61,027 bases of DNA from an uncultured Dehalococcoidales bacterium (GTDB taxonomy: Bacteria; Chloroflexota; Dehalococcoidia; Dehalococcoidales; UBA2162): positions 1 through 61,027 of the forward strand of contig CAZMUD010000002.1 in the NCBI GenBank assembly GCA_964569715.1. Reading direction: 5' to 3'. Position 1 is the first letter of the stretch; every line of letters starts with the position of its first letter. The notes under the pieces were generated by a model that worked only from the letters and a program-made list of their open reading frames with translations, had not been told where the DNA came from and did not search any database. The translations under genes and the position numbers were made by a program. Positions 17,791 to 27,487 of this stretch are shown here, piece by piece.

Positions 17791-18957
17791 CTATCTGTGG
17801 CTTTTCAGGAGTGGCGACATAGCTCTGAGCTTGGTAACAATTCTGGGCAGGATGTCCAAAACCCGCTCTATGTCCTCCTCAGTGGTCCACTTGCCTAGAC
17901 TAAACCTTAAGGAGCCATGCGCCTGCTCATGGGAAAGGTTTATTGCCAAAAGAACATGAGATGGTTCAAGGCTTGATGAGTTGCAGGCAGAGCCGGTAGA
18001 AACGCAAATGCCTGCCAAGTCAAGGTTCAGGACCATTGATTCGCCTTCAACATAATCAATACTTATGTTGACATTATTAGGTAGCCTCATTGTGGGATGA
18101 CCGTTTAAGCGGGCGTGGTCAATCTGTTCCAGAAGTTCCTTAACGAGCCGGTCACGAAGACAAGTCAGCCGCTCCGCTTCCTCACTCATTTCCTGCCGGG
18201 CAAGTTCTACCGCCTTACCAAAGCCTACAATTCCAGGCACATTCTCAGTGCTAGCTCGCCGCCTTCTCTCCTGCTCACCTCCATGTATGAAGGGAGCCAG
18301 CTTGGTACCTTTTCTGACATACAGTGCTCCAGCTCCCTTGGGGCCGTAGAGTTTGTGCGCCGACATAGAGAGTAAATCCACTTCGAGCTTATCTACATCC
18401 ACCGGGATATGCCCCACCGTTTGCACAGCGTCAGTGTGGAAACAGATTCCTGCCTCCTTGGCGACCTTCCCTATCTCAGCTATCGGCTCTATGGTGCCTA
18501 TCTCGTTATTGGCGTGCATCACCGAAATGAGGGTGGTTTTGTCTGTGATGGCCTTTTTGACATCGTGGGGGTGAACCAAGCCATACTCATCTACCGGTAG
18601 GTAGGTTATCCCGAATCCCCTTCCCTCCAAAAACTTGCACGTCTCTATCACCGCGTGGTGTTCGATGGAGCTGGTAATGATGTGATTTCCTCTGTTCTCG
18701 TTGGCGTAAGCTATACCCTTTATGGCGAAGTTATCTGCCTCAGTTCCACCGCTGGTAAAAACAATTTCTTCATCACGGGCATTAATAAGATTGGCAACCT
18801 TAACCCTCGCCTCTTCAGTAGCTCCTTTTGCCTCCTGCCCATAGGAATGGATGCTCGAAGGGTTACCAAAGGCATCGGTAAAATACGGGAGCATTGCCTT
18901 TACCACCTCAGGGTGTATCGGCGTGGTGGCAGCATAATCAAGGTATCTCCTTCTCAT
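17791..18957 (-). CDS. nifS: Cysteine desulfurase (NifS/IscS type), second copy
   Basis: 388 aa, collinear with 15992..17179. Active-site STGSACNS. Confidence 0.92.
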   Translation of the reverse strand: MRRRYLDYAATTPIHPEVVKAMLPYFTDAFGNPSSIHSYGQEAKGATEEARVKVANLINARDEEIVFTSGGTEADNFAIKGIAYANENRGNHIITSSIEHHAVIETCKFLEGRGFGITYLPVDEYGLVHPHDVKKAITDKTTLISVMHANNEIGTIEPIAEIGKVAKEAGICFHTDAVQTVGHIPVDVDKLEVDLLSMSAHKLYGPKGAGALYVRKGTKLAPFIHGGEQERRRRASTENVPGIVGFGKAVELARQEMSEEAERLTCLRDRLVKELLEQIDHARLNGHPTMRLPNNVNISIDYVEGESMVLNLDLAGICVSTGSACNSSSLEPSHVLLAINLSHEQAHGSLRFSLGKWTTEEDIERVLDILPRIVTKLRAMSPLLKSHR

Positions 18958-18962
18958 CTTTC

Positions 18963-19205
18963 TTAGCCCTCCACAATGTCTCCAATGACAGGGTCAATCC
19001 TCACCCCTTTGCTAATCGCCCAGGTGATGCCATCCTCTATTTCCTTCTCTTCTCCCTCCAGTTCCAGCACCACCCAACCCTTATCCTCGGATACATCAGC
19101 ACGGCGAATATTGGTCACCACCTTGAACTGGTGACTGAGAGTATAGATAATGGGCTCCCTGATTAGCTCTTGGGGAAAGGTAAACATTACTTGTCTTTTG
19201 ACCAT
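18963..19205 (-). CDS. NIL-domain protein
   Basis: FPQELIREPIIYTLSHQFKVVTNIRRADV...GWVVLELEG pattern of NIL domains. The ATG at 19205 has AAGGGGG upstream (ORF-track start 19265). Confidence 0.7.
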   Translation of the reverse strand: MVKRQVMFTFPQELIREPIIYTLSHQFKVVTNIRRADVSEDKGWVVLELEGEEKEIEDGITWAISKGVRIDPVIGDIVEG

Positions 19206-19379
19206 CTTAGCCCCCTTTATCTTTCCTTGGATTAGTATAGCACGGGTGAGGTATGACAGTCTCAAACTTGCGCCCCGAGCACTTCTTCAAGTTTTACGGA
19301 GTATCGCTTGTCACCTCCTCTCATTAGGTTTGTTTCTGATTTCGACCTTTGAGCCTGGGTAAGCACCTACCATACCTGT

Positions 19380-19832
19380 CTAGGGTGTTATTCTGGCTAA
19401 CCTAAAGAGCACTACTCCAGTCCCGCCAAGGGCAATTCCTGTGACAATCATAAAGACGCCACTCGCCTTTACGACGGTGAAAATGCCGAAGGATGCTACG
19501 GCAAGATATAGGTAGTTCTCAAGATTGAGAGCTTGGGCGTAGCTCAACTGCTGGAGGTCTGTAGGGTCGAAGCGTCCTTCGCCTAAAAGGTCTCCATAGG
19601 TCGGGGCTATACCATGACGATGCTCCCTAACGATATCACCCGCAGTCTGTGCTTTCTCAGGAGTATCAACGATGCCTTCAACACCATCAATTGTTATTTC
19701 CTCTTGCTGCATAGCCTCAGTCAGGAAAGCTTCTTTAGCAAATCCCTGCTGAATAAAGACTATACCAATAGCTAAGGATATTACTGCACATATTATTACA
19801 ACTATTGCTAGATATCGGCTTGTACGTCTCAT
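19380..19832 (-). CDS. Membrane protein of unknown function
   Basis: 150-aa ORF with an N-terminal TM helix, a ~70-aa hydrophilic loop and two C-terminal TM helices. Confidence 0.55.
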   Translation of the reverse strand: MRRTSRYLAIVVIICAVISLAIGIVFIQQGFAKEAFLTEAMQQEEITIDGVEGIVDTPEKAQTAGDIVREHRHGIAPTYGDLLGEGRFDPTDLQQLSYAQALNLENYLYLAVASFGIFTVVKASGVFMIVTGIALGGTGVVLFRLARITP

Positions 19833-19931
19833 AATTTACTTTTACCTCCTTTATTTTGCCTATTTTTGTTGAATTTCCGCTTGTCTCTTACCAAGCGTCT
19901 TCTTAATTATATATTATATGCCTGGTGCAAC

Positions 19932-20951
19932 CTAGTAGAGCTCTTGAAAAAGCCAGGTGGACAGATAGCGCTCGCCGGTATCAGGCAAAACTACCACTAT
20001 AAGCTTACCCTTATTGGCTGACCTTTTGGCTACCTCTAATGCTGCCCAGGTTGCCGCTCCCGAGGATATACCGGCCAATATTCCTTCCTCTTTAGCTAAT
20101 CTTCTAGCCGTTATTCCGGCATCTTCATTGGTGACCTTAATAATTTCATCGACCAAATCTGTCCGCAACACGTCAGGGATAAAACCAGCCCCGATGCCCT
20201 GAATCTTGTGGGCCCCTGGCTTCCCCCCGGAGAGAACCGGGGAATCGACAGGCTCAACGGCGATTGCCTCAAACTGCGCCCTCCTGGGCTTGATTACTTC
20301 GGCTACTCCGGTAATCGTTCCTCCGGTTCCTACCCCAGAGACTAGAATATCTGTCTTGCCATCGGTATCTCTCCAGATTTCCTCGGCTGTGGTCAGCCGG
20401 TGCACCTCTGGATTTGCCGGGTTCCTAAACTGTTGGGGCATAAGATAATCGGGGTTCTCCGCCACCAATTGCTCGGCTTTCCTGATTGCCCCTGGCATCC
20501 CATCTGCTCCTGGTGTTAGCACCAGCTCAGCGCCGAAAACTGATAGGAGCCGCCTCCGCTCCAGGGACATAGTGTCCGGCATGGTAAGGATGAGCTTATA
20601 TCCCCTGGCAGCGCAGACGAAGGCAAGAGCGATGCCTGTATTACCGCTAGTAGGCTCGACGATTACTGTATCCTTATTGATGAGCCCCATCTCCTCAGCA
20701 GCAACAATCATTGACATTCCTATCCTGTCCTTCACGCTGCCTAAGGGATTAAAGGACTCAAGCTTGGCCACTACCTCTGCCTTCAATCCGCCGGTTATTC
20801 GGTTCAATCTGACAAGGGGCGTATTCCCGACTAGCTCGGTAGAGTCCTTGGCTATGCCTCTGGTTAGCCTGGGTATGCCTACCGTCTTGTAATGGAGTTT
20901 ATCTACTTTTTGCATTGTCTCTGGTATCTTCACTATTTCCTCCTTTTGCAC
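19932..20951 (-). CDS. cysK: Cysteine synthase (O-acetylserine sulfhydrylase family) with a ~30-aa N-terminal extension
   Basis: [12 protein letters not shown]-lysine motif, [11 protein letters not shown] and [10 protein letters not shown]. Confidence 0.9.
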   Translation of the reverse strand: MQKEEIVKIPETMQKVDKLHYKTVGIPRLTRGIAKDSTELVGNTPLVRLNRITGGLKAEVVAKLESFNPLGSVKDRIGMSMIVAAEEMGLINKDTVIVEPTSGNTGIALAFVCAARGYKLILTMPDTMSLERRRLLSVFGAELVLTPGADGMPGAIRKAEQLVAENPDYLMPQQFRNPANPEVHRLTTAEEIWRDTDGKTDILVSGVGTGGTITGVAEVIKPRRAQFEAIAVEPVDSPVLSGGKPGAHKIQGIGAGFIPDVLRTDLVDEIIKVTNEDAGITARRLAKEEGILAGISSGAATWAALEVAKRSANKGKLIVVVLPDTGERYLSTWLFQELY

Positions 20952-20978
20952 ACCTCGTTCGAGTTATCAACTGTAAAC

Positions 20979-21422
20979 TTATATGTAGTACATCACCTCT
21001 TCGGGGCGCCCTTTTCTTTTTTGCCGCTCAACCAAATCCTGTAAGGTTGTAGATTCCAGAACTCCGTTCACTGCCTTTTTCATTTCACCCCAGATATCCC
21101 GGGTGACACATAATTCAGAGCGGCTACATACTCCTGGATTGTTAATGCACTCCACCGGAGCAACTGAGCCTTCAAGAAGTTGGATGACCTCGCTCAATCT
21201 TATCTCTTCGGGAGGCTTGGCTAACGAGACCCCACCTCTGGGACCCCGAGTACTCAGCACCATACCCGCAGCTATAAGGGGGGTAATTAAGTGTTCTAGA
21301 TACTGTAGTGGGATCTGCTGCCTCTGGGAGATATCTTTTAATAGAACCGGTCCTTCTCCCTGGTGAAGGGCTAGCTCTAAGAGTGCCCTAGTTCCATATC
21401 GTCCTCTAGTGGAAAGCTTCAC
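20979..21422 (-). CDS. Rrf2-family transcriptional regulator (IscR/CymR-like) with three clustered Cys
   Basis: GTG start gives VKLSTRGRYGTRALLELA, a typical Rrf2 N-terminus. CINNPGVCSRSELC is a possible Fe-S ligand triad. Confidence 0.88.
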   Translation of the reverse strand: MKLSTRGRYGTRALLELALHQGEGPVLLKDISQRQQIPLQYLEHLITPLIAAGMVLSTRGPRGGVSLAKPPEEIRLSEVIQLLEGSVAPVECINNPGVCSRSELCVTRDIWGEMKKAVNGVLESTTLQDLVERQKRKGRPEEVMYYI

Positions 21423-21596
21423 TGCTCTATCCTCATTGTTTACTATTATGACCAACAAAGTATACAATACCATAAGACGGGGTTTTTGTCAATAGTCTTT
21501 ATGACTTTTAATAGAATAAAGATTCGTCAATAAAGCCAGAGAGGATTGGATAGATGCTATAAGGCACAAAGAGGCTTACGTTTCCTGAAAAAAGCG

Positions 21597-21626
21597 TTGA
21601 CAAAGTATTCCCCAATAGTTTATACT
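21597..21626 (+). promoter_or_regulatory. Sigma70-like promoter candidate for the fdh operon
   Basis: TTGACA (21597-21602), 18-nt spacer, TATACT (21621-21626). Confidence 0.5.
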
Positions 21627-21685
21627 TCTATTCTGGAGTGGAGAGAGCTTGTTTTTTATAATACTATTCTACATGTTTTCCTGAA

Positions 21686-21709
21686 GGAAAGCAGGGCTTT
21701 CCTTTTTTT
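21686..21709 (+). terminator. Intrinsic terminator-like hairpin inside the fdhA leader (possible attenuator)
   Basis: GGAAAG-CAGGG-CTTTCC followed by T7. The upstream TTTTCC (21676-21681) can alternatively pair with GGAAAG. Confidence 0.5.
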
Positions 21710-21769
21710 GTAGTAGGTAGTTAAGCTGGTAAATTTGGGGAAAAGGGACGTAGATATTAAGGAGGTGCT

Positions 21770-24700
21770 ATGGAGCTAAACCGGAGAGATTTCCTAAAAG
21801 CCTCGGGATTTGGGGTGGGTGGTATTTTTCTGCTTGGAGCACTTGACCCTAGTGTAGCCTTAGCCGGAGTACCTAAAGTCTTACCACTGAAAAAAAGGAT
21901 TGGCGAAAAGAGCACTATCTGCCCCTATGATGGTACCGGCTGTGGTTTCATCATTGCTGCCGAGAATGGTAGGGTGGTAAACATCGAGGGTGACCCTGAC
22001 CACCCTATTAACCGTGGAGGTGCCTGTGCCAAGGGCGCTACGTTACGCCAGCTATCTGCCGATAATCCCTGGCGGTTGAGCAAGGTTCTTTACCGACAGC
22101 CGGGTGGAACCGAGTGGGAGGAAAAAGAATGGGACTGGGCAATCGATAGGATTTCTCACAAGATTAAAAACACAAGGGACGCCAGTTTCATCGTGAAGGA
22201 TAGTAAGGGTAATCTAGTAAACCGTACCGAGGCCATCGCTAACCTGGGAGGTTCAGCCCTGGATAACGAGGAATGCTACCTTCTGGCGAAGCTAACACGG
22301 GCGTTAGGTTTGGTGTATATTGAGCATCACGCCCGGATATGACATTCCCCCACCGTCGCCAGTTTGGCGGAAAGCTTTGGTCGCGGGGCAATGACCAACC
22401 ACTGGAACGATATTGCCAATAGCGATTGCATCCTGGCAATAGGTTCCAATGCTGCCGAGAATCACCCGGCCTCTTTTGGCTATATTATGAAAGCCCAAGA
22501 CAAGGGTGCTAAGCTTATTAGCGTTGACCCCAGGTTCACCAGAACCTCATCCAAAGCAGATATATATGCCCCCCTGCGGTCCGGGACTGACATTGCCTTC
22601 ATCGGTGGCATGATTAAATATGTGCTCGATGATATCGAGCGTAACCCCGACAACTACAATATGACCTACATTACGGAATACACCAATGCTTCTTACCTCA
22701 TCGACCCCGGTTTCAAGGGTCCTGCCGAGCTTGAAGGTCTATTTTCTGGCTATGCCGGCAGCCTAAATGAAACTGACGGCGGAAAGAGGAAGTATGATAA
22801 ATCTAGCTGGCAGTACCAAGTGGATGCACAGGGTATCCCCAAGAAAGACAAGACTCTTAAAGACCCGAACTGTGCCTTCCAACACCTGAAGAAGCATTTT
22901 GCCCGTTACACTCCAGAAAAGGTGAACAGTATTTGCGGCGCTCCTACTGATACCTTCCTTGAGGTTTGTAAAACTTATGCTGCTACCGGTAAGACGGGTA
23001 AGGCAGGTACTATAATGTATGCCATGGGGACTACCCAGCATACATATGGCGCACAGAACATACGGTCTTACTGCATACTACAGCTACTCCTGGGTAACAT
23101 CGGAGTCTGTGGCGGTGGCATTAATGCCCTGAGGGGTGAATCCAACGTGCAGGGTTCTACTGACCACTGCCTGCTGTTCCATATTCTCCCTGGATACTTG
23201 AAGGTACCCATAAACACGGATACCTCGCTTGACACATACCTAGAGCGGACTACCCCCCAGAGTAATGACCCTAATAGTGCTAACTGGTGGCAGCATACGC
23301 CTAAGTATGTGGTCAGCCTCCTCAAAGCCTGGTACGGAGATGCTGCCAGTAAAGATAACCAGTTTAGCTTCCATTACCTGCCCAAGATTGAGGCCGGCAA
23401 GAACTATTCCCACATTTCTCTGTTCGAGGCCATGAACTCAGGTGTAATTAAGGGCTTAATGTGCTGGGGGCAGAACCCGGCAGTAGGCGGCCCCAATGCT
23501 AACCTGGAACGAAAGGCACTGGACAAACTAGACTGGATGGTGGTCACAGACCTCTGGCATACCGAGACAGCTGATTTCTGGAAGCGTCCGGGCGCAGACA
23601 CTGCTAACATCAAGACCGAGGTCTTCCTACTTCCAGCTCTGAGTTCCTACGAGAAAGAAGGAAGTGTTACCAATAGTGGTCGCTGGAGTCAGTGGCGATA
23701 CAAAGCTGCTGATGGTCCGGGAGATGCCAAGGAGGACCTGTGGATGCTGACCGCAATCGCCCTCAAGTTAAAGGAACTCTACGCTAAGGAGGACGGGCCC
23801 AATGCCGAGGCGATTACCAAGCTTACCTGGGACTATGGAGCGCATCATCCCGATGTGCACAAGGTAGCCAAGGAAATAAACGGCTATGACCTGACCACAG
23901 GTAAGTTACTTCCAAGCTTTGGTAAGTTGAAGGACGACGGCACCACCACCTCAGGCAACTGGCTCTACTGTGCCAGTTACACCGAGGATGGAAACATGGC
24001 TGCCCGCCGTGACCCGACTCCCGGCCCGTTTAATGTTGGTCTTTACCCAAAGTGGGCTTGGTGCTGGCCAGTGAACCGGCGGATTATCTATAACCGAGCC
24101 TCGGTTGACCTCAACGGAGTGCCGTGGGATAAGGAACACCCGGTTATCTGGTGGCAGGATGGAAAGTGGGTAGGTGATGTGCCTGATGGTGGTTGGCCAC
24201 CGATGGCAGTCGACCCGGAGAAGACCAAGCACCCGTTCATCATGAAGCCAGAAGGGCATGCTCGTCTCTTTGGTTCCGGCATGGCTGAGGGTCCGTTACC
24301 GGAGCATTATGAGCCCTGGGAGGCCCCAATACAAAATCCCATGTCAAAACAACAGAATAACCCCGCCTTCAAGGTCTGGCATCCTGAAGAGCAAGGTACT
24401 GCTAACCGCTTTCCGATAGTGTGCAGCACCTACCGGGTCAGCGAGCACTGGCAGGGAGGGCAGATGACCCGTAACTGTCCCTGGTTAGTGGAGATGATGC
24501 CAGAGCCCTTTGTTGAAATGAGCGAAGAGCTGGCGGCAGAGAAGAGTATCGTTAATGGGGAAAAGGTTATTGTGGAATCAGCCAGGGGGCAAGTGACGAT
24601 GGTAGCCATGGTCACCAAGCGCTTCAAGCCGTTCCATTTGAATGGACGCACGGTGCATCAGGTAGGTATGCCATGGCACTGGGGCTACACCGGTCTATCA

Positions 24701-24799
24701 ACCGGGGACAGCGCCAATGTTCTCACACCCCATGTTGGTGATGCTAACACCATGATACCGGAGTATAAAGCCTTCCTGGTTAATGTCCGTAAGGCTTAG
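21770..24799 (+). CDS. fdhA: Formate dehydrogenase alpha subunit, Tat-exported, selenocysteine-containing (TGA at 22340-22342 read through)
   Basis: Twin-arginine signal MELNRRDFLKASG. ORFs 21770..22342 and 22364..24799 are in the same frame, and the junction reads EHHARI-U-HSPTVASLAESFGRGAMTNHW, the canonical Sec/Cys active-site context of FdhA/FdnG. Confidence 0.88.
22343..22385 (+). promoter_or_regulatory. Candidate bacterial SECIS hairpin
   Basis: CGCCA (22357-22361) / TGGCG (22365-22369) apical stem, extendable by U-G. It starts 14 nt after the UGA, within the usual bacterial SECIS window. Confidence 0.45.
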
Positions 24800-24837
24800 T
24801 CAAATAGTAATAGATGAGTCTTTACTTGGAGGTAATA

Positions 24838-25680
24838 ATGGCAGATAAAGCAATCTTGTACGACGCGACAAAATGCACTGCCTGCCGCGGCTGCCAGGCT
24901 GCTTGTAAGCAGTGGAACGAGAACGATGAGGTTATACCTGAGGAGGAAAATGGCGTAAAGTCAGTTAACTGGGGCAGTTATGAAAATCCCCCTGACCTCT
25001 CCCCCCAAACTTGGCTCAAGATGGAGTTCCGTGAGGTAGAGCGAGAGGGGAAGGTGGACTGGCTCTTCACCCGTCGAGCCTGCATGCACTGCTCAGATGC
25101 CGCCTGTGTTAAGGTGTGCCCCACTGGTGCCCTCTACCATCATGAACTCGGCTTTGTTGCTTATGATAAGGACCTTTGTAGCGGCTGTGGCTACTGTGTA
25201 GACTTCTGCCCCTTCCATATACCGCGGAGCCAGCGTGATTTGCTGACCGGTGTCGCTAAAATGGACAAGTGTACCTTCTGTACTACTCCCGGCTTAGATC
25301 GAATTGCTGCTGGCTATGAGCCAGCTTGCGTCAAAACCTGTCCTACCGGTGCGCTGATATATGGTGACCGCAATGAGTTGGTGGCAGAGGGGAAGAAACG
25401 AGTGCAGTCTCTTAAAACTAAGGGGTATAGCAATGCATACTTATACGGCGATAAGGAGCTTGGTGGCTTGCATGTTATGTATGTCCTGAGTGACTCCCCT
25501 GAAGTTTACGGGCTTCCCGTAAATCCTCAAGTTCCGGCGGCAGCTATCGCTTGGCAGGATGTAATTCAGCCATTGGGCTGGGCGGTAGGCGGATTAACCA
25601 TTCTCGGGTTGGGATTAAATTACCTTATCGCCCGAGAAGCAAAACTAACCAAGGAACTACCTGGTAAGAAGGAGGAATAG
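24838..25680 (+). CDS. fdhB: Formate dehydrogenase beta subunit (4Fe-4S ferredoxin type with a C-terminal TM anchor)
   Basis: CTACRGCQAAC, CMHCSDAACVKVCP, CSGCGYCVDFCP and CTFC...CVKTCP motifs. GGAGG lies upstream of ATG 24838. Confidence 0.9.
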   Translation: MADKAILYDATKCTACRGCQAACKQWNENDEVIPEEENGVKSVNWGSYENPPDLSPQTWLKMEFREVEREGKVDWLFTRRACMHCSDAACVKVCPTGALYHHELGFVAYDKDLCSGCGYCVDFCPFHIPRSQRDLLTGVAKMDKCTFCTTPGLDRIAAGYEPACVKTCPTGALIYGDRNELVAEGKKRVQSLKTKGYSNAYLYGDKELGGLHVMYVLSDSPEVYGLPVNPQVPAAAIAWQDVIQPLGWAVGGLTILGLGLNYLIAREAKLTKELPGKKEE

Positions 25681-25681
25681 G

Positions 25682-26347
25682 ATGGAGACAGAAATTGAAC
25701 GCTATCGTAAGCCAACCCGGATTTTACACTGGATACATGCTGGTGCTTTTGTAGCCCTGTTTCTCACCGGTCTTATATTGTTTGTTCCCCCTCTGGGGTT
25801 CCTGGCACAGGATAGCTGGACCCGGGTCATACACCGTGTCGCAGCAATTCTCTTTGTGGTAGCACCTCTCATTTATATACCTCTCAACTGGAAGGCAACT
25901 TTGAGAGGGATAAAGGATGCCTTCTCCTGGGGAGGAAAAGACATGGGCTGGATGCAAGCAGCTCCCCGCTACTATTTTCTGAGCGATGAAGAGGCAATGC
26001 CTCCGCAGGAGCATATGAATACCGGCCAGAAGCTATGGTGGTTAATGGTTATTGTCTTCGGAGTAATCTTTGCCATAACCGGGGTTATTATGTGGTTTGC
26101 CAAGACAGCGGCACCGATTGCGCTTCTGCAATGGATGGTTATCATTCATGATGTAGCCTTCATTGCTACTGGCTCTATGCTTTTTGTCCATATTTACCTC
26201 TCGGTGGTTCATCCCCTGATGCGCCCGTTGCGGACTGGGGCATGGAGTTCTATGGCTCGGGGCAAAGTATCAGCCGACTATGCTAGGTCACATCATGCTA
26301 AATGGTACGATAGAGTTTCTAAGGAGAAGGAGGCAGAGCTCCATTGA
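25682..26347 (+). CDS. fdhC: Formate dehydrogenase gamma subunit (cytochrome b, FdnI-like)
   Basis: 221 aa with 4 TM helices and conserved His in helices (RILHWIHA..., IHRV..., IHDV...HIYL). Confidence 0.85.
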   Translation: METEIERYRKPTRILHWIHAGAFVALFLTGLILFVPPLGFLAQDSWTRVIHRVAAILFVVAPLIYIPLNWKATLRGIKDAFSWGGKDMGWMQAAPRYYFLSDEEAMPPQEHMNTGQKLWWLMVIVFGVIFAITGVIMWFAKTAAPIALLQWMVIIHDVAFIATGSMLFVHIYLSVVHPLMRPLRTGAWSSMARGKVSADYARSHHAKWYDRVSKEKEAELH

Positions 26348-27264
26348 CCACGGGAACAGATAGCAAAATCCTTAGAAAACTGGAGGAGCAGCAAAAGAAA
26401 GAAGGAAGTCTATCACAGCTTTTGGAGTTCTATCAGAAGTTACTTCGCATTCAAACTAGGGTTGGGAAACGTATAGACGTGCCCAACCTTAGTTTTACTG
26501 ATGATGATATCAATGCACGAGCAGAGCAGGGGAAACCATTAATAGGATTTAACGACCTTGTCCTCAATTGGTCACTACTGCGCGATGTGTTTGTGGAAGT
26601 CACCGCCGTCTTTGCCGACTACCCCGAACTTTTTGGTAGGCTCCCCAAAAGCCTGAGGGAGCCAAAGTCTCACCCATCACTCCCCAAGAAAGTGGTTAAG
26701 GCATGGTTCGAGGGAGCCAAGTTGCCTTCTACGATAGCAGTCGATGATGTTAATGAATATCTTCTCCTAGAAGCTATAATCCAGGCTGCTCTCAGGCCTT
26801 TCTTGATAAGCCATTGCAAAGCCCTGCTTGGCTTCGTGAAGCAGGAGCAGTGGTGGCGTGGATATTGCCCAATTTGCGGAGGTAATCCCGATTTCGCTTT
26901 TCTGGACAAAGAGCGTGGGGCTAGGTGGCTATTATGCTCTCGATGTGATGCTGAGTGGCTTTTTCGACGTTTAGAGTGCCCATATTGCGGCACCCAAGAC
27001 CAAGGTGTCCTAGCCTATTTCACTGACGATGAAGGGCTTTATCGGCTCTATGTATGCGAGCGATGTCAGCACTATTTGAAAGCCATAGACCTCCGGCAGG
27101 CTGGGGGTGAGGTCTTGCTGCCCTTGGAGCGTTTTCTTACCCTCGACATTGATATTCAAGCCCACAAGAATGGATATAGTCCTTGTGCGAAAGCTGGAGG
27201 AGGTGAAGGGATGGAAAGGCAGTGGGGGGGCAACTCTACTGGCAAGGGAAGAAAGCTAAGATGA
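26344..27264 (+). CDS. fdhE: Formate dehydrogenase accessory protein FdhE
   Basis: Four CxxC pairs in FdhE spacing (CPICGG, CSRCDAEW, CPYCG, CERCQHYLK). 4-nt overlap with fdhC. Confidence 0.85.
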   Translation: MTTGTDSKILRKLEEQQKKEGSLSQLLEFYQKLLRIQTRVGKRIDVPNLSFTDDDINARAEQGKPLIGFNDLVLNWSLLRDVFVEVTAVFADYPELFGRLPKSLREPKSHPSLPKKVVKAWFEGAKLPSTIAVDDVNEYLLLEAIIQAALRPFLISHCKALLGFVKQEQWWRGYCPICGGNPDFAFLDKERGARWLLCSRCDAEWLFRRLECPYCGTQDQGVLAYFTDDEGLYRLYVCERCQHYLKAIDLRQAGGEVLLPLERFLTLDIDIQAHKNGYSPCAKAGGGEGMERQWGGNSTGKGRKLR

Positions 27265-27487
27265 ATGCTAAAGAGCAGGTATCAATCAAAGATGTGCGTT
27301 AGGAGCAGAGGTGTGGAACTAAGCCAGAGAGGCTTTCCTCCCAACCCAGTTTCTGCCGTGATACCTATTTCTAACTTACAAAAACAGCTAAACCGCCTGC
27401 CTTCACCTAGTGCTTTATGCCTAGGCGTTACTGCCTAAAATTAGGTATAAGTGCTTATCCACATACTTATTTGAATTAAGGCTGGCG

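Noticed and set aside
21770-22342. The ORF track shows a 190-aa protein and a separate 811-aa protein (22364..24799).
   Set aside because: They share a frame, and the TGA sits in the canonical Sec/Cys-His active-site context. I treat them as one selenoprotein gene, not two genes or a pseudogene.
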